NCBI RefSeq assembly: GCF_009914755.1
Contig: NC_060931.1
DNA length: 64,000 nt
Origin: the human T2T-CHM13v2.0 reference genome, Homo sapiens
Strand: one strand, 5' to 3'
A program made the translations under genes and the position numbers. Positions 52,440-64,000 of the stretch are shown here, one piece after another. The stretch's first letter is position 1. Every line of letters begins with the position of its first letter. The notes under the pieces were generated by a model. That model saw only the letters and a program-made list of their open reading frames with translations, had not been told where the DNA came from and did not search any database.

Positions 52440-53362
52440 GCTCTTAAAACAGGTACCAAAACCAAAAATTGACAAATGGAACTATATCAAACTAAAAAGC
52501 TTCTGTACAGCAAAGGAAACAATCAACAGAGTAAAGAGACAACCTATAAAATGGGAAAAAAAAGTAATTGCAGAGTATTCACCCAGTAAGTGCTCTGTAG
52601 AACATACCTGGAACTCTAACAACTCAACAGCAAAAAAACCCCAAATAGTCCGATTTTAAAAAGGATCTGAGTAGAAATTTCTCAAAAGTCATACAAGCAG
52701 TCAATAAGTATATGAAAAAATGCTCAAAATCGCTAATCATCAGGGAATTGCAAATCAAACCATGATGAGATTTCTCATCCCAGTTAGAATGGCCATAATC
52801 AAAAAGACAAAAAATAGCAAATGGTAGCAAGCATGCAAAGGAAAGGGAAATCTTGTATACTGTTGGTGGTAATGTAAATTCATGCAGCCATTATGGAAAA
52901 CAGTATGGATGTTTCTCAAAAAAACTAAAAGTAGAACTAACTTATAACCCAGCAATCACACTACTGGGTATTTATCTAAAGGAAAATAAATTAGTATATT
53001 GAAGAGATACCTGCACCCCCATGTTTATTGCAGCACTATAATATGTAATTATAAATTATGTACCTATACCCCATGTTTATTGCAGAGATACCTACACCCC
53101 CATGCTTATTGCAGCATTATAATTAATAAACTATGTACCTGCACCCCATGTTTATTGTAGCACTATAATTTATAATATATAAAATATAAATTAATGTAAT
53201 ATATTTATATAATAATATATAATTATATTTACTAATGTTCCTAACGTTTTTATATCACTGTAGGTTGACTATGGTTAACAGTAATTTAGTGTATATTCTT
53301 AAAAAGTTAGAAGAGAGGATTTTGAATGTTCGTAACACAAATGATAAATGTTTGTGGTGATG
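52440..53362 (+). mobile_element. L1 (L1MA/PB-type) ORF2 3' part and 3'UTR, with an internal rearrangement
   Basis: ORF2 peptide [29 protein letters not shown]; 3'UTR motif agaagagaggattttgaatgttc...aaatgataaatgtttg. Confidence 0.85.
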
Positions 53363-53364
53363 TG

Positions 53365-53749
53365 GGGGGAAGAAAAGGAAGGAAAATCTGAGATGTACTA
53401 CAACATATATGAACCTTAAGAACATTTTGCCAAGTAAAATAGCCAGTCACAAAAAGACAGATACTGTGATTACACTTGTAAGAAGTAGTAAGAGTAGTAA
53501 AAAATCATAGAGACAGGGAGTAGAATTATGGTTGCTAGGAGGTAAGGAAAGGAGAGAATGAGGTATTTTGTGTGGTATAAACGGGAACAGAGTTTTAGTT
53601 TTATAAGATAGGGTTATGGAGATGAATGATGGTGATGGTTTCACAACAATATAAATATTTAATACCTCTGAACTGTATACTTAAAATGGTTAAGATGGTA
53701 ATTTTTATGTCTATTTTATACCACAATTATAAAAATGATTAAAAAAAAA
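53365..53749 (+). mobile_element. L1MB-type 3' end with poly(A)
   Basis: atgaaccttaagaacattttgccaagtaaaatagccagtcacaaaaagac...gaactgtatacttaaaatggttaagatggtaatttttatg...ccacaat, followed by an A tail. Confidence 0.8.
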
Positions 53750-54838
53750 CCCTCGGGAGGGGTTCAGGTGGCAGAGGAACTCACCTGGTTTGAAAGGTCC
53801 CAGCAAAATATTCCTGATATTTTTAAAATGTGGTAGAAGTTTTTCCTTCATTTCAGTACTATTATAGGTGTATGTCCTCACTTGCTCTCTTTTTCTCTCT
53901 TATTTTTTAAAATTCCATTGGCCATTTCAGTGAGGCTCTAGGAGGAAAAACAGTTCTTCCTAGAATGTGCATATATCCTTCATATCTGAAAAACTCACAT
54001 TTTTAAAAAAGTCACTGTGCTATAATTATTGTTGCTAAAACTTATATAGACTGAAAATGAGCAAATCTCCAAATTCATTAGGCAGTTACTTCACTATAAG
54101 CAGAATAGAATTGAGCATTTTCTTAATTCTTATAATATAAAGGTGCTGATTCACTTTTTATAATTATGAAAGCATTTTTCCAGTTTTAACACTACCATTG
54201 CCCTAAAGCAGCAATTCAATAGCAACTTTATTTAAAAATTATATTAATATACTTCATCGAACTATTTAAAGAACTACTTTTCTGATCAAATAACTATGCT
54301 TTGTTTGTACCACAAGGAAATATACTAATGAGCATAAAAAGTAACATGCATTATAGATACATGGAATATTATTATCTTATTTTATTAAAACAGTAAATTA
54401 ACATCATAGATGCCTAAACCTTTTAATTTTTTGCTCTTTTACTTCTATCGTATACGTTATACATTACCATATGTTATACTTGTTGGATTAGCATCAGCAA
54501 GTAAACTGAGGAAAATGTAAAAGCATAATTTATATTCTCATTAATTTTTTTAAAGCAATGGCAGATAACTCTTGAATATGTTGAGCCTAAATTTATCACA
54601 AACTATTAATTAAATTACATTATTATATTTAAATGTCTTGTTGGAAAATCTGTGGTCAAGACATTCTATTTTTTGACAGTTTCTAGTGCTGTAAACAGTG
54701 AAAATGTCAGAATTCCTCCAATAGAATATTTCACATATATTTATATACATTACAAATATATTCACATTACTTACAAATTAAAAAATTATATTTTGAAATA
54801 CAATTTTTATATGATTTAAGACTTTACTTTTGAAAATA

Positions 54839-54896
54839 TGCCACAGGAATATCAGATGGGATATATCTGCCACAGGAATATCAGATGGGAAATATC
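54839..54896. repeat. Tandem duplication, 2 x 29 bp
   Basis: tgccacaggaatatcagatggga(t/a)atatc twice, 1 mismatch. Confidence 0.95.
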
Positions 54897-55408
54897 TTTG
54901 TTCCTTCAAGAGGAATTTCTTTTTCAATATTTTCATTGACAAATGTTTTAACAGCTTCTATTCTTCAGAGACTCTAACCTTATCCTCATCCCTTCTCCAG
55001 CTGTTGCCCCATTTCTGGACTATGGCAAAATTTCTAAATAGTTATCTAGACTCAGGACCTCCATTTCTTCACCTCCATGTCTCTCTTTTTCACCAGAGTT
55101 GGAAATATTTTAAGAAATAAGTGAAAGACTACAAAATATTATATACCCCTGACTACAATCATGTAGAGATAATTCTTAGGACACTAAATTGAAATTGAGA
55201 GATTTGAATTTGAGTATCTATCTATGGTTGGGGATATAGGGCAACATATATGTACATTTTTACAAAAGCATTTAGAGAACTCTACTATGTTTGAGATTTT
55301 CCTTTCATACATACATTCAGCTCCGCATGGTCATTTCCAGCAGAACTAGGACATGTAAATATAAAATAAGATGATGAAACATGTTCTGTTTACAATAAAT
55401 GCAATTGA

Positions 55409-55754
<346 letters not shown>

Positions 55755-56064
55755 TATTTTTTATTCAAAGTGAAAGCTGAGAAACTAGGATACAGAGCCA
55801 TATGTGTTGTTTGGTTGTACAGGATATATTTTTATGCTGCAAGAAAGGTTTCATTAAATATAGGACATATAAAATATAACACTTAAGAAGTCCAGAGATA
55901 GCAGCTCAAGGCCGTCAGGAGTGATTTTTACTGTGATTCTTTTGGTCTTTCCATTATGATTCGAAGATGGCTGCTACAACTCCAGTTATTATCCATGTTC
56001 CTGAAATTAAGAGTAAGGGTGAAGTGCAAAATAGCATCTCTCAGTCCCTCTTTAAGCTATTTTG

Positions 56065-57335
56065 AACAGTCTTTGGTCCCCATTACTCCACTACAATGAC
56101 TCTTGTTAATGTCACTTACAATCTCTTTCTTATCAGACCCAATAGTTATGCCGCTGTCTGAATCTTACTTGACCTCTCAATGTTATTTAACAATGTCAAC
56201 CATTCTGTCTTTCTTGAAACATTTTCTTTTCTTGGTTTCATGACTTCTAATTTTCTTTGTTTGTAACTGGCAGACCCTTCTCAGTCTTCTTAACTGAATT
56301 CTCCATTTGTGCTCAAGTTGTATTAGTAACGCTTGGTCATTGTGTCCCTTCTCTATTTGTATGTCCCTGAGTGATTGCATGCAGTTGTACCTGTATTTGG
56401 GGGACTTTTAAATGTGTAATACCATCCACAAACTCTTCTTCCAAGATCTAAATTCATATATTCAAATGTTTGCCTGACATTCCCACTAGATAACTAAAGA
56501 TTGGCTCAAACTTAATGTTACCAAAATAGAATTATTGGTTTCTTGATTCTTCTCTATTCCCATCACAATTTACTTCTCCCACAGTCTTTCCTACCTCAGT
56601 CTCATCATTTTTGACAACCAGCAGCAGTGTAATCATTCCTAATTACTTTCTTTTGTTTAATTCCAAAGCATATCATACTTCTTTCCGTTCTGACTACATT
56701 ACAGTACTCCAAGTTACCATCATTCCTGATCTGTTTGCAGTAGACTGCTTCCTTATCTCTGTATTTGTGTTCTTTCCTAATTTCTACCCATCTTTCTCTA
56801 TACCTCAACCAGAATAAGCTTAAAACCCAAAAGCAAATCATATTATTTAAATTCTTAAACCCTCCAGTGGCTTCTCACTGCAAATCAAATAACCGTTATG
56901 GGCTATGTAGTCAACTTAACTTTTCATCTTATGCTCGATTTCCTGTCCCTTCTGCTGCTAATACATGCTGTGCTCTTTTCTACTTTAGGACCGTTGCCCT
57001 TGTTCCCTGTGCCTGTACATTCTCTTCTCACAGATCAGTACATGACTGTTTCCTTCAAGTCATTCAGGTCTCTGCTCAAATGTCAGCTCTTTTGTAGCAG
57101 GGCTTCCTTGACTACCTTGCCTAAGAGAACATGTGCTCCCATACTTTCTGTCCCTTTACCCTGTTTCTTTCACTGTATCAAAATATGAAATTATTTATCT
57201 GTTAACAGTTTGTTGCCTGTCTCTGTTGAAATTGAAGGCCATGAGGACGATACGCTGTTGTTCACCACTATTACCCCATCTCCTAGAACAGAACCTGACA
57301 CATAATAGACACACATTTGTAGGTTAATAGACAAA
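56065..57335 (+). mobile_element. L2 LINE
   Basis: L2 motifs atcttacttgacctctca...atttaacaatgtcaaccattc; ctcaaacttaatgttaccaaaatagaatt; cattcaggtctctgctcaaatgtca; cctagaacagaacctgacacataatag. Confidence 0.8.
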
Positions 57336-57489
57336 CATTTATATAAGTTTAATTCTTAAAATATAACAACTTTTAGAAAAGGAAGCAAAAATGTTTATTT
57401 CAATTCTAGTTAGAAGAAAAAGCGCTTTCACCAACTGTGCATCTGAGCTCAACTTTGAACCACAATTTTTGGAAATATATTTTAAACTT

Positions 57490-57775
57490 TATAATAACTG
57501 TAGCTAACATTGTTTTGAACATCTACTTTTATTGTGTTATAAACATTTTACTAGCATAATTTGCATACATAATCATTTTTGTTTATTTAAACCCAAAGTC
57601 ATTCCTTGAAATAGGGTTTTTTTTTTGTTTTGTTTTGTTTTCATTTTACAGGTAAGAAAACTGAGAATGAGGGGTCATATGCCTTTCACAGAGTCAAACC
57701 AATAGTTAAGTGCCAAAGCAGGATTCAAAATAAGATTTGTCTGACACCAAAGCCTGTGCATTTTCTGCTGTGCTC
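57490..57775 (-). mobile_element. MIR SINE
   Basis: cattttacaggtaagaaaactgagaatgagggg...gcaggattcaaa...gtctgacaccaaagcctgtgc. Confidence 0.7.
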
Positions 57776-59880
57776 ATGTAGATGTTTTAGGTAAGGCCAT
57801 CACAGTTGTTTTAAAAGATGTATTCATAGGATGCACACACACAAATTTTTTTAACATGCTTGATTTGCCATCATTTAATCTAAAGTCATATTGACTCATT
57901 ATGGTCAGTACTGACTCGTCATGGCAAACAATTCCTGACTACAACTTAGGAGACATAAATTCAGATTCTAACTCTACCAATTGGCTATGGGACCCTGGGG
58001 AAGTTCATTATGTATTCTGGGAATGGCTTTTCTATCTACAGACTAAAAAAAAATGGATGAAATGATTTTTAAATAAGATACCTTCTAGCTCTCAAATCTT
58101 ATGGCCCTTTAAAGAAAAATAATCTAGAAATCTGTTGACAATCTATTGCAACTTGCCTTGGCATCTGATTTATCTTTTGAATGCAAATTACTTATTTAAT
58201 ATATCAGTTTTCTCTTCCTAGAACTACACTTGGTGGGCAATATTCCTTTTAATCAGTCTTGAAATTTAGGGAGATAAATAAAAGAATGCTGATACAGAAT
58301 TTAAAAGTTGTCTTGAATAATCTGTAGTTTTATTTTTTGTTATCTACTGATGATTTTCCTCATGAATGAATAGAGATTCTCACTGAATTATCTTGTTTAT
58401 AATAGTGTTTCAGTTGATTTTTTTTTATATTTCTAAGTATATAGCAGGTAAGGATAGTTTCACCTCTTTTACAATTTTTATACTTCATATCTTTCTCTTT
58501 TCTGCTTGTGTTGGCTAACATCTCTAAAACAAGATTAAATAATAGTGATATATTTACTTTTACTTTAACTTGAATGTTTCTAGTGTGTGAGGCTAGCTTT
58601 TGAGATGAAAAGCATATATGTTAATATTAAGTATAACATGGATAAATATATACATGTAATGTTGAAAATACATTGCAAGTCACGGAAGATTTACATAGCA
58701 TCATACATTCATATGAAATATTGAGGTATAACAATATGCCAGGGAGTGATTAATATTCAATTCACTGTATTGGTCACATCTGGTAAGAAGGAAGGGAGGA
58801 GAATGGGATGGGGAAAGAACATCCAAGAGAGCTACAATACGCATTAGAATGCTTATGGTTATTGTTACTGGTTATAGTTATGGTTATTGTTGTGCAGGAA
58901 ACATTTTATAACAAAATAATTTGATATGCTAAAGAAACATGAAGGTTTCTGTGTTTGCTGGTTATAAAGACGAACAGAGGCATAAACTAAACACAGGTTT
59001 GCCTTTCAAGTGTATAATTTTCTTGAGAATGGAAATCACCTCTATTCTCCTCCCTGTCCTGAACATATGGCACATTATAAGAATTCACGACATAACTACT
59101 GAATGAATAAAAGAAGAAAGAAGGAAAGGAAAGAGAGAGGAAGTGGGAATTTTTATTTCTTTCTTCTCATTCTTTCATTTGCATCATTAAATTTTTAAGT
59201 AAAGCTTACTTTAAATAATGCATAGAGATTTATTTGTATATTAGAATCCTCTATTTTTTCCAGAAAGCAGAATGTTACCAAGTTTTCTATACAGCTTTCT
59301 AGAAATCAGCATACTATTAGGTATTTATTGTGCTGTTTGTGGTGTGTGTGAAATATGTAACAAATTAATTATGGGGTATATCATTTCTGTGACAATGATT
59401 CAGGCTACTTAGATTCTAAGAGTTCAGACTGGTATCAAAGTCTCAAATGTCTACTGTGGTTCACTTGTATTCCTGCTTTAATCAGTCTTTTGAAATTCAG
59501 TATGTTAATAAGGTTTCAAACAATCCTGAAAGTTTGAAATGTACAAACATTCAAGTACAGTTTATTTTCTACTTTAAAAGAAAAGTAAAAGAACTACACT
59601 GTCTTAATGGGTTTTCTGTTTACAATAAAAGATATATCAATGATTTTAAAAATAAGAAAAGCAAAATAGAATCTTAGACAAAAAAACCTGTCATAATGCA
59701 ATGGTGAAATATAAATTTAAATTTTCTGAGTAATTGTTGAACATGTATATTATGAGAAATAGCACTTTGTAAACATTTAAAATATTTTTATTGAACAATG
59801 TGGTTGCCACATAATGTCACTATGAAGTCACTGACTTCTGTGTATTTTCTCATTTTTATATATTTAAATTTATAACTTCA

Positions 59881-60172
59881 GGCCAGGCACAGTGTTTCTC
59901 ACCTGTAATCCGAACACTTTGGGAAGCTGAAGTGGGAGGGTCGCTTGAGGCCAGGAGTTTGAGACCAGCCTAGGCAACATAGTGAGACCACCCTCTCTAT
60001 AAAAAATAAAAACAAATTAGCTGGTTGTGGTGGTGCACACCTATAGTTCCAACTACTTGGGGAGCTGAGGCCAGAGGATCATTTGAGCCCAGGAGGTTGA
60101 GACTGAAGTGAGCCATGATCACACCACTGCCCTCCAGCCTGGGCGACAGCAAGACCCTATCTCAAAATAAAT
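59881..60172 (+). mobile_element. Alu SINE, AluJ-like
   Basis: Full dimer. Perfect 15-bp TSD aaatttataacttca at 59866-59880 and 60173-60187, with a TTT|AAA endonuclease-type site. Confidence 0.95.
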
Positions 60173-60889
60173 AAATTTATAACTTCATTTTTGTTGTTGT
60201 TGTTCTTAACTGTAGCATTGTGTCAGAGTTTTGTAGTCAATTTAATAGTATTCTGAGATTTTCCTTTAAGACTCTTGAGTTTGAGCTATCAATGTTCCCA
60301 AGACCCCCAGGAGTCATGCATGGCCCTAGCTCTGTAGAGGCTTGTGATTCTTCTTCTTACAAATAAAGGCCATTTTTTTCTTGCTTGGAAAATAACTTAT
60401 TTTGTAAGTAGCTGTTAAAGTATTGAGAAAGCCACTATATGAGTGTATTTTAAGACATAAGAACAGTCATTCCAAGGTAATGACAGAATTTTATGTTCCT
60501 CAGAAGCTGATCCTTGTACATTTTTCCAATATACATTTTTCCTCTTCTATTTCTGTATCCTCATAAGATTTAAGAAGTATACCACAATAAATCCTAAATA
60601 TTTTCAGAATAGTAGAAAAACTAGAAGGAGAGTTAATATGTTTACCAAAATTTTCATAAATAATCTTCAGGTAGCAGAACTGTCAAGCTGTTTTGGATTT
60701 GAAAATTGCTTTTGATCAGTACTGCAAGATAGACTTAGGACCTTTTAAGATAACTGAATAATAATCTGGTCAGTATCCATTGAGCAAAAATTGGATTGTT
60801 TTGGAAAAGTATGTGAAGCTTTTAAAATTTATTGATCATGAGCAATTCTAACTGTACATACGGTATATTGAAAAGGGAATACTTTTTAT

Positions 60890-61120
60890 AGTCAGAGCTG
60901 AGTTTGGAATCCTAGCTCCTCTAATATTTTTGGATATGTGACCAAGGGCAGTTCCTGAGTGTCACCAATCTTCAATTTCCTCATTGGAACATAGGAACAA
61001 TAATATTTATCTTGCCTGGCTTTTGTGAGGATTATAAATAACGAACGTAAATACAAGCCTTTAATAATATACAATAATATATTTGTAATATATTCTGTAT
61101 ATAGGAAGTACTCAAAAAGT
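60890..61120 (+). mobile_element. MIR SINE
   Basis: gtcagagctgagtttggaatcctagctcc...atgtgacc...caatttcctcattggaacataggaacaataata...tgtgaggatta. Confidence 0.7.
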
Positions 61121-61159
61121 CAAAATTATTATTTACTTGATTCCCATGCTTCTATATAG

Positions 61160-62260
61160 TAAGGAATTCATTCATATATCCAATAACTATTCATAAGAAC
61201 TATTCATTGAAAGGCTACAATATGATAGGAATAAGACTAACTTATAAGGATATCGTAATAAGAAAAACAGAAAATCTGCTGTCGTGGAGCATGCACTCTA
61301 GTAAGGCAGACAGACAATCTGTAAATAACCAAGTGGATGTTCATTTTATTGTAATAAATGTTATGGAAAACAATCTGAGTGATGGAGGAAGGGCAGATTT
61401 TGTGCATAAAGTCAAAGAACTCACTCACTGATACCTGCATGACAAGAAAAATGAGCCATACAAAATAAAAGTCAGAGGAAACACCTACTGCATTTTGTTC
61501 AGGAATCAGAGGGAAGAGCAGCATGTTTGGAGCCAGGTGAGGAAACTGAACTTGTGAGCAGATCGGAGAACTCAGTGAGGCCGGAAAGGTCAGAAGGGCC
61601 TGATGATGTACTTTCTAGGTCATGGCAGTAGTTTGGATTTTACCCTAAATACAAAGCTACTAGAGAGTTCCAAGCATGGGTGGATTGTGATGTGATGTGT
61701 GTCTTACAAAGATTACTGTCTCCTGTATAAAGAATAGGTATACAATTATAAAACCAAAGCAAGGAGGCTGATTAGGAAGCTATTGGATTAATCCACAGGC
61801 AAGAAACATGATAGCTTGAATTAAGATGGTAGCAGTGGAGATAGAAAGCACTAGACAGATTTTAGATACCCTTGGGTGATAAAGATAACAGGAGTTGGCT
61901 ATAGAGTATAAGAGAAAGGAAGGAATTAAGGAATGACCCCTAGAGTTTGTGTTTGAACAACTGAGTCTTATAGACCAAGTGAGGTATAAGTCTTTTTTAG
62001 TGGGGGTAGGGGAAGTTTAGGGTTGGGAATCAAGAATTTGGCTTTGTACATGGTATGTTTGAGGTCCTTATTAAAAAGTTTATTGGAGACAAGTAGCAGT
62101 TGGAATATGAGTTTAAAGCATGGTATAGATGTGAGGGCTGAAGATATAAATGGGAAAGTCATCATAAAGTAGTTGGCATTTGTGGCCATTTAGAGTCATC
62201 TCCAGATGACTATTATCAAAGGATAGCAGAGTTCTAAGGACAGCATTAAACAGAGGGAAA
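61160..62260 (-). mobile_element. L2 LINE
   Basis: Reverse L2: attcattcatatatcc...; gagtttggattttaccctaa-like text; ggctgattaggaagctatt...taatcca; gatggtagcagtggagatagaaag; agagaaaggaaggaattaaggaatgacccctag. Confidence 0.8.
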
Positions 62261-62546
62261 AACTCATAGAACTAGAAGAAATTTAAGAGGCCAATATTGT
62301 CATTGGTAAGGATTCTTTAACAGAAAACCCACCTACTTTTAATATTTCATACCCTGTATATTCAAAATTGAGAAAATTGGGTGGTTATAGGATTAATTAA
62401 AGAAGACTTTGTTTTCTCACATTGTCAGTGTGTTGACTTTCAACCTTAGACTTACTCCCATGGCCACAAGATGGCTACAGAGTCTCGAAGTATTGTGTCC
62501 TCACATTATAATACATAGAGGCAAGCCTATGAAAGTGGTCCCTGTC

Positions 62547-62548
62547 TG

Positions 62549-62579
<31 letters not shown>
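62547..62579. repeat. (TG)n microsatellite
   Basis: About 16 TG units with one CG interruption. Confidence 0.95.
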
Positions 62580-63699
62580 TTTAAGAATAAGGAATACTTT
62601 CCCAGAAGCTCCCCTGTAGGCTTCCATACATGTCTTATCCAGAATCAGTTCATGTCGCCGGTAGGGTCTACCATGATAATGATAGACAAACACATTTGAA
62701 AGAAACTAATGGATTTAACCAGGTTATTTATATGGAATTTACATTGCAGTGAAACTTCATTGCTATGACTTGGACTATTATTTACTAAATAATTACTATT
62801 GTATTTATATTAAGGAATACTGATATTTACCATTTATGTATACAGAGTTCCTCAATTTAAAATCACATCCACTTGAGTATGTGTGTGTGTGTCTGTACAT
62901 TTGCATGTATAAAAGAAAAACAAAATGTAAACATCATTTCAAGGTGAATTAAATTACTTTTAATTTCTCTTCCCATTCCAATAGTCAGTATTTCTAAAAA
63001 TCAAAGATACAAAGATAAAAATGCTTTGTATTTGTAAGAATATGGCCTGCTTTCGTTTAAGCAACTATATGCCTAAAAAGGTCTTAAGTCAATTTAATAA
63101 ACTATATTTGTCTAATTTCTGTACCAAATCATTATTTAGTCTTCTAAATAATAGTCCTACCTAGACCTATATTGGTCCTACCTAGATTCCCAATATTGTT
63201 TTCATATCAGTTGGACTATTATGCTAACATTATTGCTTTATTCAGAGAGAAAGAGCATTAATTTACATTCTCTACAATGACAACATCATGCAGACTATAG
63301 AGTAACTCTGGGAAGAACTTCAGTTAAAAATGCTAATCAGATGCCCGTGGGGTGACTTGGAGGAATTATTTAATTAATAGCCTTTTCCTAATTACTACTT
63401 AGGAACAAATGTCTTTAAATGTAATCATTCACCCACTTTATTTATTTATTCTTGCTGTCTATGAATAATACAATTATATTGTAATACCAACAGTTGAAAT
63501 TGCAAGATCAAGAAATTAGAGTGACATAGGTAGAATTGGCTTCTATTTAATAACATAATGATGGTTATTTAGCTAGAAAAAAAAAGCACTGTTTTTGAAG
63601 AGGATCCTTACTATCTATCTGTAGGTACCTATCTTCACTACAGCAGTATGTCATTAATGATTAAAAACTGTCGTAAAGTTAAGCCTAGAAAGAGGAAAG

Positions 63700-63945
63700 A
63701 ATAGACTTGATTGTGCTTTCTGTGGGCCAGGATTTGTGCTAGGCTCCTCATATTTTATTTTATTTAATAATTTTAGTCGTCAAAAATAGTTACTGCCATT
63801 TTATAGATGAGAAAACTAGGTTCTAAAAGTTTAAGTGATTTCTTCAAAGTATTTTTGGGTAGTGTAGGTATCAAAGTTAGGATTTGAATCTGGGTTTGCC
63901 AGTCACTGACAACAAAGCCCAAATTTCCTCCACTACACAATTGCA
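63700..63945 (-). mobile_element. MIR SINE
   Basis: ccattttatagatgagaaaactaggttc...taagtgatttcttcaaagt...aggatttgaatctggg. Confidence 0.75.
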
Positions 63946-64000
63946 TAGAAGAAACAGAACAAATATGAAGTATGTCAGAAGTAACCAACCATGAGCACTG

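Noticed and set aside
59447-59677. 76-aa ATG ORF with a nearby AATAAA
   Set aside because: AT-rich intron-like composition with no domain. Downstream A-rich tracts would also produce internal-priming artefacts.

Overview
AT-rich primate, most likely human, genomic DNA that is almost entirely intronic, from the 3' part of PHF14 (PHD finger protein 14) on the + strand. Only two exons are well supported. The first is an alternative terminal exon at 11089 that adds YPS* and then a long U-rich 3'UTR with several poly(A) signals. The second is a 118-nt internal exon (19953-20070) encoding most of the last PHD finger (CDECRLCYHFGCLDPPLKKSPKQTGYGWICQECDSSSSK). The preceding exon and the final exon of the long isoform lie outside the window. 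The rest is Alu, L1, L2, MIR, MaLR-LTR and DNA-transposon (MER5A, MER44, Charlie-type) remnants plus small tandem duplications. None of the ORFs in the supplied track is a credible gene: they are Alu/L1-derived or chance ORFs. I found no RNA genes or CRISPR arrays, and I cannot demonstrate a new biological system. Best leads: (1) a splicing/polyadenylation switch that keeps or destroys the C-terminal PHD finger, set in a ~11.6 kb transposon-poor zone with candidate in-frame cassette exons, including a 27-nt microexon; (2) an old L1 with a near base-precise 5' inversion (twin-priming geometry) later split by a second L1; (3) an Alu with a triplicated 69-bp segment; (4) an L1 deletion scar filled with templated repeats. 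Repeat subfamily names and the gene identity are from recognition, not a database search, and boundaries of old repeats are approximate.
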